DNA from: Octopus vulgaris
Taxonomy: Eukaryota
Length of the DNA stretch: 64,000 bases
Assembly: GCA_951406725.2 (NCBI GenBank)
Contig: OX597830.1
Coordinates: 43,276,001-43,340,000 of the forward strand
Direction: 5' to 3'
Shown: positions 1 through 12,987 of the stretch, one piece after another
How the letters are laid out: each line of letters opens with the position of its first letter
How positions within the stretch are numbered: position 1 is the first letter of the stretch
Notes under the pieces: model-generated
Seen by the model: the letters and a program-made list of their open reading frames with translations, nothing else
Told to the model about the DNA's origin: nothing
Database searches by the model: none
Translations under genes and position numbers: made by a program

Positions 1-90
1 GATAAAATTAGTACCAGTTACGCCCTAGGGTCAATGTAATCTACTTAATCCTTCCCCCAAATTTGGGGTCTTGTGCTTCCAGTAGAAAGG

Positions 91-136
<46 letters not shown>

Positions 137-137
<1 letters not shown>

Positions 138-597
138 GGCGGCGAGCTGGCAGAATCGTTAGCATGCCGGACGAAATGCTTAGCGGTATTTTGTTTGCGT
201 CTATGTTCCAAGTTCAAATTCCTTATTTCTTTACTACCCACAAGGGACTAAACACAGAGAGGACAAACAAGGACAGACAAACGGATTAAGTCGATTACAT
301 CGACCCCAGTGCGTAACTGGTACTTAATTTATCGACCCCGAAAGGATGAAGGGTAAAGTCAACCTCGGCGGAATTTGAACTCAGAACGTAACGGCAGACA
401 AAATACGGCTACGCATTTCGCCCGGCGTGCTAACGTTTCTGCCAGCTCGCCACCAAGTTCAAATTCCGCCGGTCGACTTTGCCTTTCATCCTTTCGGGGT
501 CGATTAAATAAATACTAGTTATGCACTGAGGGCGATGTAAATGACAATACCCCTCCCCCAAATTTCAGGCCTTGTGTCTATAGCAGAAAGGATTATT
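137..597 (+). mobile_element. SINE-A (tRNA-like head, central GCCTTTCATCCTTTCGGGGTCGAT core, (ATT)n tail), split by a nested copy
   Basis: Head GGCGGCGAGCTGGCAGAATCGTTAG and B-box-like GTTCAAATTCC. More than 20 related copies occur across the window. The core resembles the Deu/Nin SINE domain (from memory). Confidence 0.85.
223..452 (-). mobile_element. SINE-A, Tx1-tailed subtype, nested antisense in another SINE-A
   Basis: Full head-to-tail copy flanked by direct repeat CCAAGTTCAAATTCC at 208-222 and 453-467. Confidence 0.85.
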
Positions 598-962
598 GCC
601 TCCGTCTTAGCCAAGGCGGAGATATTGTTTTCAATCGTGTTTGTTTGTCCGTGGACATGATATCTCAAGATATCTCAAGATTGATTCGGTTGAAACTTTC
701 AGGGATGTTTGGCCCCGTGACTGGCACGAACCGATTAGATTTTGGGATCGATCTGGTACCGGACAAGCATTCTGGATTATTTTTCCTTTTCTTTTTTTAC
801 TTAATTTTTGAGAGCGGTCAGGTTCATTTTTAGTATTCTCGTTTGTGAGAGTAATCGAGTTTATTTCAGATATTCTCATTTTAAAAATCATCTCTGGCTA
901 TTCGTTGAGAGGACGTTGGTATTGCCTTGGCGGAGGTTTGCTCTCTCTGAGTGCTCTTGTTA
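596..962 (+). mobile_element. Helentron-associated non-autonomous element (HINE/DINE-like)
   Basis: 5' CCTCCG..GCCAAGGCGGAG, a (GTTT)n tract, 3' inverted GCCTTGGCGGAGG and a short terminal hairpin GC(T)CTC..GAGTGC followed by T-rich flank. Confidence 0.6.
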
Positions 963-1296
963 TTATTGTTGTTGTTGTTACAGTTGTTCGTCTATCGCCA
1001 CGTATTACACATCACTCCCATAAGTCTGTTATTATTTCTATTGTCACGTAAAGTTACATGTTATACATTTGTTATAGTTATATAGATAACCTAACCAGGA
1101 CCTCAGAGAGCTGGTTAGCTTTTCTCCATCTGTAGCTCTTAGTGATTAAACGGGGTTTGTTTAGTAAACACACTCCTCAATTTTCGTTGTAAAAATAAGT
1201 ATGACAGATGAAGATTGTTCGTCTGGTGAAAAGAACAGCCAGTTATCCGCGGAACAGAACAGCGAAATTGCAAAGGTCAGTCATGGCTGAAGCTGT

Positions 1297-1540
<244 letters not shown>

Positions 1541-2299
1541 TAGCACCTGAAATGTATGAAAGTAACTTTCCGTTGCAAAAAATCTCCGCGCTGCCATCAC
1601 AGGAACAAAAAAAACGCGATCAGTGACAGCAGAAAGCAACAAAACCAACGAGAACGTTGCCATCTCCTCCACCACCAACATCATTATCGAAAGAAAAAAA
1701 TAAGAACAAAGAAAACGGACGATGCAAATCCGTTGTAAGCAGTTTTGCAGACGCAACGCGGAAAATAAGGGAAGCCAGTTTTATAAATGAAAATGAATTT
1801 AAGAGTACAAAATGTATGTTGGAGAAATGTGGGAGAAATGTAACATTGAACGTTTCCTGGATCTGTCCAGCAAGAAACTAATTTGCCGGCAGTTCTATAT
1901 AAAACAACTGGAACGAAAAGTAGAAGAATAGAGCAAGCTACACACCAGTAGACTGGAAAATGTCTGTGACCAATTTGAAAGAGCAAAACTTATATAACCA
2001 GTGGTGGGGAAATATGGGACTGTTGATGCGAGGCTTGCCTCTGATGAAGGTGCCACTTTAGCCTATTTACCGAAGAGTGTTTAAAATAAGATTAATAAAT
2101 ATTTGTCCAGAAATCGACATCTGGTTGATGACAGCGTTCCTCTTTGACATAGAACAAAAAACCAGTATTCTGCAGATCTAAAGAATATAGAAGCAGGATT
2201 GGTTTTGATCGTCTGCTCTACCAGCTTTACTTTTATATGCCAGAATTGTTTGGCTGCCTCTTAGCAGATATCTACCGCAACTGGTAGCGGGACGGGAAA

Positions 2300-4330
2300 A
2301 TTCCTAGTTCTGTGAGTCGAGGAGCATTGGCGCCGCTGAGAAGGGACACAAACAAGGGGTCTTCAAAGTTTTGGCCAAGGTGTTAGCAAAGAGATCGGCG
2401 CTTGTCGTCGAAGAACTAACTGGTAATGCACAAACCTGCGTCATCCCATGCAGATCCATCCACGACAACCTACACCTCATGTGATACATAATAGACAGAG
2501 TCTATAAAGACGCTGGCATGAGGAGGGCCCTCATCAAATTGGATCAGTCTAAAGCCTTCGATAGTGTCGACCACCAATACTTGGTGGCCGTTCTAACGGC
2601 AGCCGATTTCGGTCTTCCGTTTTCTACGGTTGGATCACCGCAATTTACAGACATTTTCTCGGACGTTCGGCTGTATGGTTACCCATAGGAACCATTCAGC
2701 ATCATGCGCTCTGTTCGTCAAGGGTGTCCGCTCTCGTTTCTTCTGTTTCTACTGGCTCTAGGAATCACCACTGCGGAAATTGGAGGCGTTGGGAAGCATC
2801 CTGCGTGAACTAGGACGTAGGAGAACCATGTCGACAGATGCAGACGACGTCACAGTCACAGTATCGAACACCTGGCATATAGACCGACCGGACAGACACT
2901 CTTCTAACAGAATCCGATGCGGTGACAGGAACAAAAATTAGTCAGAGGATCTTCTGCTCGGCACCTGGAGAGGCAGATCCATGCCGTCCAATACCATCGT
3001 AGGACACTGGTCGGAGGAACCGGTTAAATTGCTTGAGGTCTGGTTTGGTCCTGATCTCCAGGTGGAGAAGTGAAACGAGGTGACGAGCAGTATGGCCAAT
3101 CTCACTCAGAAATGGGCCGAGAGAAATCTTATTCTTGAAAGGTCGGGTAGAGGTGACAAATGCATACATCTCTTCAGTTATATGTTATCCTCTGACTGTC
3201 GTGCCTTGCTTCAGTTTTCGTCTGACCAGCCTGGAGCGCGTACTCTTCCACTTTCTGTAGAAGGGATGTGTTCAACTGGTCAGGTGCTTCATTTGCTGCC
3301 AACACCCACTGAATGGGACCAGGATATGTCATGGCTATTGATTTGCAGACTTGTGCCGAGGCTGCGACATCACCAGCGTTTCCTTGACGGTGAGCATGTG
3401 CGGTCGATGTTTGTCAGACAGGATTTTCCACAGCTCGTCTCTTTGTCGGAGCTGCAGTCCTGGATCAAGCGTAGACCGAGGCAGGGCACACGGCACCTAG
3501 AATGTCGTTGGGTGCTCGTAATCATCTGTCAGTCGGGCAATGCGGTCGGAAGAAGTCCCACTCTGGCGTATTATAAAGAATTACTGGCGGGCAAGTACGA
3601 TAACGTTCTTGGGAAGACTCTGGGTGTCGACAGAATCAGCTGGCTCGTCTGTTCCGGAAAACTTTTTAGTATTACTGGTTCGGGATAAACTCTGCAGGTA
3701 TGGGAGTTCTGTCAAATGTGCTTATCTGAGAAACTGCTCGGTACGCCGTCGTCCAGTGCCCGAGTATTACTGACCTGGAGGTTTATAGCGAACACCTGAT
3801 GTCAGGTGTCAGACACATCCGGCTATCAGCTGAGTCCATAGTGAATATCGTCCTATCGCCTTTCTTCGGCCGGTAAAGGTAGGCAGTGTTTCTTCGTCTG
3901 GTGACCGAAACGAAAGAGGTTGTGTGGTGGACCAGATTGAAAGGGCTGAAGACGTACTTTTCTCTTTGGCTAAGCTCTCATCAACTTTTTCACGTTTCAC
4001 TGGAAAAAGAAAGTGAAAGTAGAGAAGGGAGTATTGCTTCTCAGCAAGTTTGTTGAAAAGTGTTGAATGTGGCAAGAGTGGTCCGAGTGAATACGTCTAT
4101 TCTAATCATGCGCACATAGACGGTAAGGAGAGGCCACCTGCCCTAGTGGTCAGGATCTCTGTGATGTGGTGGGATTTCCACGAGCAGCCATAAGAATTCT
4201 CTCTCTTTTGAGGAGTTTTTCATTGTAAAAATTTATTTCATCGTTTTCACTATTTACACGTTCTATCTTATGTAACCCCACATTGTATTGTCTAGTACCG
4301 GTCCCCAATGTTCGTTTGTTTTGGGGGAAC
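2300..4330 (+). pseudogene. Degenerate Tx1/L1-clade LINE ORF2 (RT to C-terminus) with 3' UTR
   Basis: Manual translation gives FKVLAKVLAKR..QTCVIPCRSIHDNL..LDQSKAFDSVDH, VRQGCPLS, ADDVT and C-terminal KEVVWWTRLKG. Many stops and frameshifts. Confidence 0.85.
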
Positions 4331-4339
4331 GCAAATATT

Positions 4340-5650
4340 CCACACTTAAGAGGTGCTGGTGTGAAGATTCCTGTATGATGTTTAGAGACTCTAGTACTGT
4401 TATTTTCCAGAATATATTTACAGGTCCATCCTTGCAGGTAATTCGTCAATGTCCCGTACAGATATACTCACGTTATCACGGCAGTCGTGCCTAATACAAA
4501 TTCAATGAATAAACACATTTCTTATCTACCAAATTGTTTTTACTTTAACAGCTAGGCTAGTGTAATTCCTTCAACTTTTCCGCTCACTTTTGCTCAATGT
4601 TATAGTTATTTAGTTTTGCTTCTAGGTCGATAATTAATGAGCTATTAATTATTTTTGTCACGAAGAATGATGTCAAGCTTATCATGTGTTGTTGCTATCT
4701 GACAGACAGTCTGTATGCTAAAGTTCCTTAGTATTTTCACATTGCAATCTCATTTTTCTAAGACATGGGGAGGTTTATTTGAATACAAGATAGCTTCTAG
4801 CTGAAGCAATCGAAACTGGGTGGTTGGTTGTATAAAATGCCGCTTTGTTAGCTTACTATGTCTCTGAGTATATTTTTACAAAGCTAGTATGGAACATTCC
4901 TGCTACAGTGTGGTGTATTGTCACAGAAAATGCTCCACATTGGCAAATTTGTCATCCGCATTTTCGTTGTGAATATCCATTTCAATAAATCCAGCGATGA
5001 GAGTTCGTTTCTCTCGTTTTTTATTGCTGTTTTAAGTTTAAGTTTTATCTGTTTGTAGTGTCAGACACTTCTCCTCATAGAAGAAAAATCTGTCCTCTAT
5101 ATTGTAGGAGTCGTGATTATTTTGTACATACAGATAAGCTGCCCTTGCATTGCGAATGCTGCTGTTTCTGCTGCTCCAGTTTTGGCATCCAGTTCAGGAG
5201 AATATTGGCCTTTATGGTTATTTATCATTGTTTGACCTATCGGCCTTCAGGATGTTCAGTTTTGTTATTGATTTACCGTCAGAGTTCATTAGTTCCATGA
5301 ATAAACAAATTTTGTTGCAATAGACATAATCAATTTACTATCGTCATAATCAATTTACTATGTTTTTTTTTTTATCAAAATCAACACGGGAGCGCAGCAG
5401 ATATTCTTGTGAGTAGAAGACAACATCAGTGGCTGCCATCTTATATCGCCCTCTGTCGCACAATATTCCCTTACCATCGTCTCTTCTGGAGATGTATAGT
5501 CGCTGATGTTGTATAGCATGTGGTATTTTAAATTACTTTCTCATGGCTTTTTTCGTATTACAATCTACGGAATTTATTCCTGCCGTGCTCCATATCATTA
5601 CTACAAACCCTTATCCAATAGCTTCCCCCTGCAAATGTGTCGACAACACA
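4340..5650 (-). pseudogene. Old, heavily decayed R4/Dong-type REL LINE
   Basis: Minus-strand peptides QRLYISRRDDGKGIL, CQCG..TIHHTVAG-CSILA..YTQRH and DKLDIILRDK match, in order, ERLYLPRKEGGRGLL, the zinc knuckle/RHD and RPDIIL of the 45119-46420 ORF. Confidence 0.7.
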
Positions 5651-6045
5651 GCTTGAGCAAGATCTCCAGGTGAATAAGAACAGAGATGAGATTATCATCC
5701 AATTGCTCAAGAGATGGATTGAGGCGAGACTATCTTTAGAAGGTCGAGTTGAGGTACGAATGTGTGTGTGTGTGTGTGTGTGTGTGTGTCGCCTCTCTTA
5801 TATTACCGTATAACTGTTGTGCTTGATTTTACTTTTTAATCTGACCAAGTTGGAGTAACCGTGCTTTCCACAAGGAAAGGAATGCGCTCCATTGGTCGAG
5901 TGGTCTATCGACATCCCGCAGTTTTCTGGCCACACGTTCCACTAATGAAGACGGAGAACTTCTAACAGTGCGAAAAGAGAAAGTTAAGCAACCTTTATAT
6001 ATCTCAGGCACAAAGGCTCATCATCAGACGCGAGCGGTTTAGAAC

Positions 6046-6446
6046 TGCTTGTCAGTTGTTTGACCTTAACCAGTTGACCATGTCCCTTTAGTGGCTGACG
6101 ATATGTGCATCATTGTCCACGAGCAGAGGTAGTGGGGGAGCATCATAGCCGTGTGTTGATAGGAATTCTTAGAGGTTTCGATAATTCACCTCTGGAAACA
6201 TGGGTGTTCCGTTCAACATCATTAAACAACCTTTATTCGGGGACCTTTTGAGCGGGATCAGCTACTCGACCAGAAAAAAATTCTCTGCAAGGTCATGCGC
6301 TGTTTATCTTGATATAAAATCACCATGTCGTGCACATATGGTTGTGATGCATGTGCCTGGTGTACCCTTACCTGATAGGTAGTTATGATGGGCTTCGTAT
6401 ATTTTACCCCAGTGTCACTTTGATGACATGCACTGCTCTCTCACTC
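6046..6446 (+). mobile_element. AAT-555 non-coding element, 5'-truncated
   Basis: High identity to 56372-56928; ends CTCTCTCACTC-(AAT)n. Confidence 0.85.
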
Positions 6447-6474
6447 AATAATAATAATAATAATAATAATAATG

Positions 6475-6535
<61 letters not shown>

Positions 6536-6558
6536 CAATGATAATGATAATAATAATG

Positions 6559-6607
<49 letters not shown>

Positions 6608-6730
6608 TAATAATAATAATAATAATAATAATAAAATAATGCCCTGATGCAGTGACAGGCAGTGGGTCTCATGGCTTCAGATCTTAACTAATTTGAAGTG
6701 TTATCATGTATGTTTTCTCTTGGTATAAAT

Positions 6731-6811
6731 CAGTGGTTCCCAACCTTTTCACTACCAAGGACCCCTTTTATTTAAACAAGTTTTCCAATGGACTCCTTTT
6801 AATATACTTAT

Positions 6812-6871
<60 letters not shown>

Positions 6872-7116
6872 TAAACGTTAAAAAAACACAAACTGGGACA
6901 AGAACGTGAAACATTATGAAGACGACAAAAAAACACACAGACGGGACTTTCGAAGCTCTCAGTCATCAGTCAAGAACCAGATCATCTTCGCAATTTCGGC
7001 TGATTAATCTTGAGATTGCTCCAATCTGGGCAGCCCGCCAAGGGAAATCTAAGCCAATCGCATTAGATTCCTTGGAAGAAAACCTCGAAAGTATACAACA
7101 CGGTGACGGAAAAAAC

Positions 7117-7147
<31 letters not shown>

Positions 7148-7213
7148 GAAATTTTGAATTTAGTTCACGGCCTCCCATACCTTTGCAGGTCACCTGGGGT
7201 CTGCGGACCACTG
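6731..7213. mobile_element. hAT-like MITE
   Basis: Termini CAGTGGTTCC...GGACCACTG; imperfect 8-bp TSD GTATAAAT/ATACAAAT. Confidence 0.7.
6871..7118 (-). repeat. Interspersed repeat in (TA)n, related to 16545-16820(+); probably Penelope pLTR-derived
   Basis: Shared GGCTG(C/G)CCAGATTGGAGCAATCTC and the downstream TGACTGA..CCCGTC block; only degenerate hammerhead-like boxes. Confidence 0.55.
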
Positions 7214-7672
7214 ATACAAATGATGGGCTTCAGCGAATATTTCGCTCAATACCGCAGATTTGTTTTTCACATGCATGAACTTCTTGACTAATTGAGCATC
7301 TCTCTTGGTGGCTGACGATATGTGCATCTCTTATCACGAACAGGAGTACAGGAGGAACATAACCCTCATGGGTTCAAAGGAATTCTTTGGAGTTTGAATG
7401 GTTCACCGCTGGAAATATGAGTATTACATTCATCATCTTTAAACAATCTTCGTTCAGGGATCTATTGAGAGGGATGGGCTATTCGACCTGAAGACAATTC
7501 TATTTGGGTCATGTGATGTTTATCTTGATATGAGGCCACCGTGTCACACACATATGGTTGTCATGCATGTGCTTGGTGTACCCTTATCAGACAAGTAGTC
7601 ATGATGGGTATATTGGGTTTCATATATTTGTACCCCAGCGTCACTTTGATGGCATGTGCTACTCTCTCATTC

Positions 7673-7709
<37 letters not shown>

Positions 7710-8263
7710 GCCCTGATGCAGTACTAGGCAGTGGCTCTCGTGGCTTCTGATCTTCACTGACTGGAAGTGTCATCATGTACATTGTTTTGTCTTGGTATAA
7801 AATATGGGCTACAGCAAATATTCTGCTCAATACCACAGATTTGCTTGTCAGTTGTTTGACTTTAACCAGTTGAGCATGTCCCTTAGTGGCTGACGATATG
7901 TGCATCTCTGATCACGAGCAGAAGTAGTGGGGGAGCATCATAGCTATGTGTTGAGAGGGATTCTTTGGGGTTTGAATAATTCACCCCCGGAAACATGGGT
8001 TGTTCGTTCAACATCCTTAAACAACCCTTATTCAGGGACCTTTTGAGCGGGATCGGCTACTCGACCAGAAGAAAATTCTAACTGGGCCCCACCTGCAAGT
8101 TCATGTGCTGTTTATCTTGATATAAGATCACCATGTCGCGCACATATGGTTGTGATGAATGTGCCTAGTGTACCGTTATCAGACAGGTAGTCATGATGGG
8201 TATACTGGGCTTCGTGTATTTTACCCCAGTGTCACTTTGATGGCATGCATTGCTCTCTCACTC
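7710..8263 (+). mobile_element. AAT-555 element, full length
   Basis: (AAT)n-GCCCTGATGCAG ... CTCTCTCACTC-(AAT)n. Confidence 0.9.
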
Positions 8264-8270
8264 AATAATG

Positions 8271-8331
<61 letters not shown>

Positions 8332-8829
8332 TATAATCCTTTCTACTATAGGCACAAAGCTTGGATTTTGTGGAGAGATGGACAATCGATCACATCGACC
8401 CCTGTATATGACTGGTACTTAATTTATCGACCCCGAATGGATGAAAATAATAATAATAATAATAATACTTTCAAATTTTTCCACAAGGGAAGATGATGAT
8501 GATGATGATGATGACGATGATGTACTCTCTAGTCGAAGAGCTGCACAAATGATTTGTTTATAGTGATCGAATGCTGGTGCCACACATTAGCTCACTCCCT
8601 CTATCAGATCAGCGTTACCTGGATAGGTGCACTGTGTGCTACGCATCAAGTATCAATCAAGGTGACAGCAGAGCAACGGGATATGAAATGATTTTCTCTA
8701 GAGCACAACGCACCAACCGATCTTGGGATTGAAATCACGATCAAGCGACCGTGAGTGCAACACCCTTACCACTAAGCTAACAACAACATCAACAACATCT
8801 CTATTAATTTAATATAAAATAGGGCGCGA

Positions 8830-9400
8830 GGCGGCGGGCTGGCAGAAACGTTAGCACGCCGGGCGAAATGATTTGCGGTATTTCGTCTGTCTCTAAGTTC
8901 TGAGTTCAAAATCCGCCAAGGTAGACTTTGCCTTTCATCCTAACGGGGTCGATTAAATAAGTCGATATAATCGACTTAATCCGTTTGTCTGTCCTTGTTT
9001 GTCCTCTCTGTGTTTAGCCCCTTGTAGGTAGTAAAGAAATAGAAATAGGTATTTCGTCTGCCGCTACATTCTGAGTTCAAATTCCGCCGAGGTCGACTTT
9101 GCCTTTCATCCTAACGGGGTCGATTAAATAAGTACCAGTTACGCACTGGGGTCGATGTAATCGACTTTATCCGTTTGTCTGTCCCTCTTTGTCCCCTCTG
9201 TGTTTAGCCCCTTGCGGATAGTAAAGAAAGAGGTATTTCGTCTGTCTTTACGTTCTGAGTTCAAATTCCACAGAGGTTGACTTTGCCTTTCATCCTTTCT
9301 GGGTCGATAAAATAAGTACCATTTGAACACTGGGGTCAATGTAATCGACTTACCCCCTCCCCGATCTTACTGGCCTTGTGCCAGAATTTAAAACCAATAT
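8830..9400 (+). mobile_element. SINE-A tandem trimer (one head, three bodies)
   Basis: Bodies restart at GTATTTCGTCTG (~9049, ~9233) directly after the AAAGAAA(T/G)AG tail. Confidence 0.85.
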
Positions 9401-9452
9401 TATCACATTTTTCGTAATCTTTGGCTCAGTGCTCTATCTGTCTATCTGTCTG

Positions 9453-9510
<58 letters not shown>

Positions 9511-9769
9511 TACCCTCTTCCCTCCACCACATTTGTCAGCCCTTCTTTCTTTGGCCCTTTCTGATCCCCCTATCTCTGTTCCCCCTCTGCCTGTCCTCTC
9601 TCCATTTCCCATCTCTACATATCTTCATATTTAACTCTCCATTTCTTTCCCTCCTTTTCCTCCTCCTCCTCCTCCTCCTCCTCAATGTTGATTTATTTCA
9701 ACCGTTGTCTGATTAGTATCCAGTCTCAGCCACATTAATTAAACATGATGTAGAGATGGCGGAGGGGAT

Positions 9770-10080
9770 GGGATTGACGGCCATAATGGTGGTGGTTGTG
9801 GTGGTGATGACGATGGTGATGGTGGTGGTGGTGGTGGTGGTGGTGGTTGTGGTGGCGGTGGTGACGATGGTGATGGTGGTAGGAATGATGATAATGGTGG
9901 TGGTGGTGGTGGTGGTGCTGATGAGTGGTGGTGGCAGTGGTTGTGGTTGTGGTGGTGGTTGTGGTGGTGGTGGTGGTGGTGGTGGTGGTGGTGATGAAAA
10001 TGATGATGGTGATGATGGTGATGGTGGAAGTGTTGGTGATGATGATTATCTTAATGGTAGTGGTGGTGATGGCGGTGGTA
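9770..10080. repeat. (GGT)n/(GAT)n low-complexity tract
   Basis: Seen directly. Confidence 0.95.
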
Positions 10081-10764
10081 ATACTAATCTAAGTAGCAGT
10101 GGAGACCATTTTGATAGTAACATACGCGTAGCTGTTGTTGATGTTGTAGTTGCTGTTTGCTTAGAAGCCAAATCGAACTTGACTGAGTAAACATATCCAC
10201 CTTTCTTCCATAGGCACAAGGACTGAAGGTTGTGGGGGCAGTGGTGAGGTGGAGAGTGCATAGTAGAGATTACGTCGACCCCAGCATTCAGCTGGGACTT
10301 ATATTATTTTTTGTTGACCTCGAAAGTAGGAAAGGCGAAGACGACCTTGGTGGAATTTGAGCTCAAAACGACGGACGAAATTCTGTCAAGCATTTTTATC
10401 CGGCATGCTAACGATTCCACCCAGCCATGACCATCTCGTTTTCTTAAGTGCATCAAACACTATATTATGCAGAATGTGCTCGAATTTAAGACGGTAGTAA
10501 CATGATTTGAAGATTTTGCTGCTATTTCTAGCTGGTAGGCCTACCATACAGAGGCACAGTCTTTTCGGGGTGGGTGAACTGGGGTGGGTTTCATATCTAA
10601 AGATTATTGATTGTGTAGATGTATTTAATGTTGATGAAGCACTGGACTTAAAACCGGAAGGATTAACTTTAATCCAAATAGGTAGTAAGTGGATAACAAG
10701 TCGGTGATAATTTTTTCTACTTTTTTAGATGTTAATTTACCAGGAACTAGATGTAGATGTACGT

Positions 10765-10809
<45 letters not shown>

Positions 10810-11007
10810 GCACATTCGTATACCTTTCTCTCATCCTTTCTCTTTGTTACTTCTCAATCTTTCATTGCAATCACACATACACAATCGAAGAGCATTCTCG
10901 TGGCAAAACTACGAATTGTAATATAAGACAATATCTAGCCATTAATAAAAAAAAAACTGATCTCCTTGTTATTTCTAGCAATCGTTCTGACGAAAGTAGC
11001 ATTAATT

Positions 11008-11089
<82 letters not shown>

Positions 11090-11135
11090 CACACACACAC
11101 ACACACACACATACATACATACATACATACATACA

Positions 11136-11166
<31 letters not shown>

Positions 11167-12506
11167 CTTTGGTTGATCTTAGACTATAGTAGAAGAGACT
11201 ACCCCAAGGTGTCACGCAGTGGAACTGAACCGGCACCTTGTGGTTGAGAGAGAGACTTCTTATGACAGTTATTTCTTTTGTTTTTTTTATTGCGTAATTT
11301 TGTTCATTTATGCGTATAACTCACCAAATATGCCGGATGTACTTAATATACAGATAGCTTTGCTATTTTTTTTTAAAGCGCAGAACAGAAAACAATTTTT
11401 CTTAGTAAACGATGAATAAAAGAAAAGAAAACAGGCCTCCAAGTGTTAGTTCTTTATTTGATAATTAAATGGATGTTTAACTAATTAATCAAGCAAATAA
11501 ACAAGTGTAAAGCCAAGGCTCCCAATTTATTTGTGGTTGAATACGTTGATTAGTAGTGTTCGGAATTAGCGCACACGATAACACTCAACGATATACAATA
11601 CATCACAAGCAGTTTGAAGGCCACAGAAATTTACACAATTATGAATACAGATATGAAGACACGACCTTAAGTTTCTCATAGTCACACAAACGTACTGTTT
11701 GTGATAACATTCAGCACAAACACACATGAATGCACAAACAGACTCACACAGAAGACTTTATCATAAATCTTAATGAATATGTCATGGTAAAGAAACAGGA
11801 CAGTTCTACGCGAGTCATAACAAGAATTTAAAACAGTCAAATAACGCAGTTTGTGATAGTTTTTAGTCTTAGATACAAATATTAGAAAAAAACATTTACT
11901 GTTTATGTTCAGTGTATACACATGCATAGACATGCACACATCTATATACACACATACATACGTACGTACATGTATGTATGAAGACATGCATACATGTACA
12001 TAAGTATGAATGTATTATGTATGCATGTTTGTATGTACGTCCTAGGTATGACTTTAAACTGATTCCGATAATGGGACCCTGTTACAGGAGTTCAAGAGTT
12101 TTGAGAAATGGGGAACCGCTCTTGGCCAGTATTCTTCCTAGATCTACTCTGACCCGGAGTTGTAGCACTTGCTAGGTTTCCCAGTTTTACGTTTACTAGC
12201 ACGTGAACAACTGGAAGGGAAGGTCTCCCAGCTCTCGTTAGGAATCCTTCTAGGAAGACTTTCTCGTCAGCACTACTTTCTAGGAGAAGCTAAACGAAGA
12301 AAAAGTAAAAACACCTGCTGATTTCTGCTCGTCTCAACTTATGTTGTATCACTAGTGTTATACTTGCGCCGAAAAGCGGTTTCGGTACTGTGCGACTCTT
12401 TATCCAATCAAAACAAATTCACGCAGGGGTGGGGGACTTCTTAGACTCTTGGAACTCTGTTATAAGTTCAATTCCATCATGTGTGTACGAATGTATCTAC
12501 GTGCAT

Positions 12507-12757
12507 TCTTTTATTCTGTTATTCGTTTACTGGTTTCAGCCATTTGACTGCGGCCATGCTGTAGCATCGCCTTTAGTCAAACAATTCGACCCCAGGACTT
12601 ATTCTTTGTAAGCCTCGTACTTATTCTGTCAGGCTTTTTTGCCGAACCGCTGGATTACAGGGACGTAAACACACCAGCTTCGGTTGTCAAGTGATGGTGG
12701 TGGTGAGGGGACAAACACAGACACACAAATACATACATACATACATACATACATACA

Positions 12758-12848
<91 letters not shown>

Positions 12849-12987
12849 GAGGCTTCTTTCAGCTTCCGTTTGCCAAATCCACTCACAAGGCTTTGGTCAG
12901 TTCGAGGCTGTAGTAGAAGACACTTGCCCAAGGTGCCATGTAGTGGGACTGAACCCGGAATCTTACCATACAGCCACGCCTGCGCCA
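12507..12987 (-). mobile_element. SINE-B (tRNA head, CORE-like TTGGGCAAGT block, internal TA/TG spacer, AGTAAAAG-type tail)
   Basis: Reverse complement of the 19163-19575 copy. Confidence 0.85.

Larger units (their letters stand above)
6641..7672 (+). mobile_element. AAT-555 element, older copy interrupted by a hAT-like MITE
   Basis: The 5' part (6641-6730) and 3' part (7214-7672) are collinear with the full-length copies. Confidence 0.8.

Noticed and set aside
2030-2095. CTGATGA..ACCGAAG hammerhead candidate
   Set aside because: No GAAA box and no convincing stem I or III.
6940-6980. CTGATGA..GAAA on minus
   Set aside because: Stem II and stem III cannot be formed; the sister copy at 16.7 kb lacks the boxes.
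10987-11008. 22-bp match TCTGACGAAAGTAGCATTAATT shared with ~30388-30409
   Set aside because: Too short to interpret; probably the stub of an unrecognised repeat.
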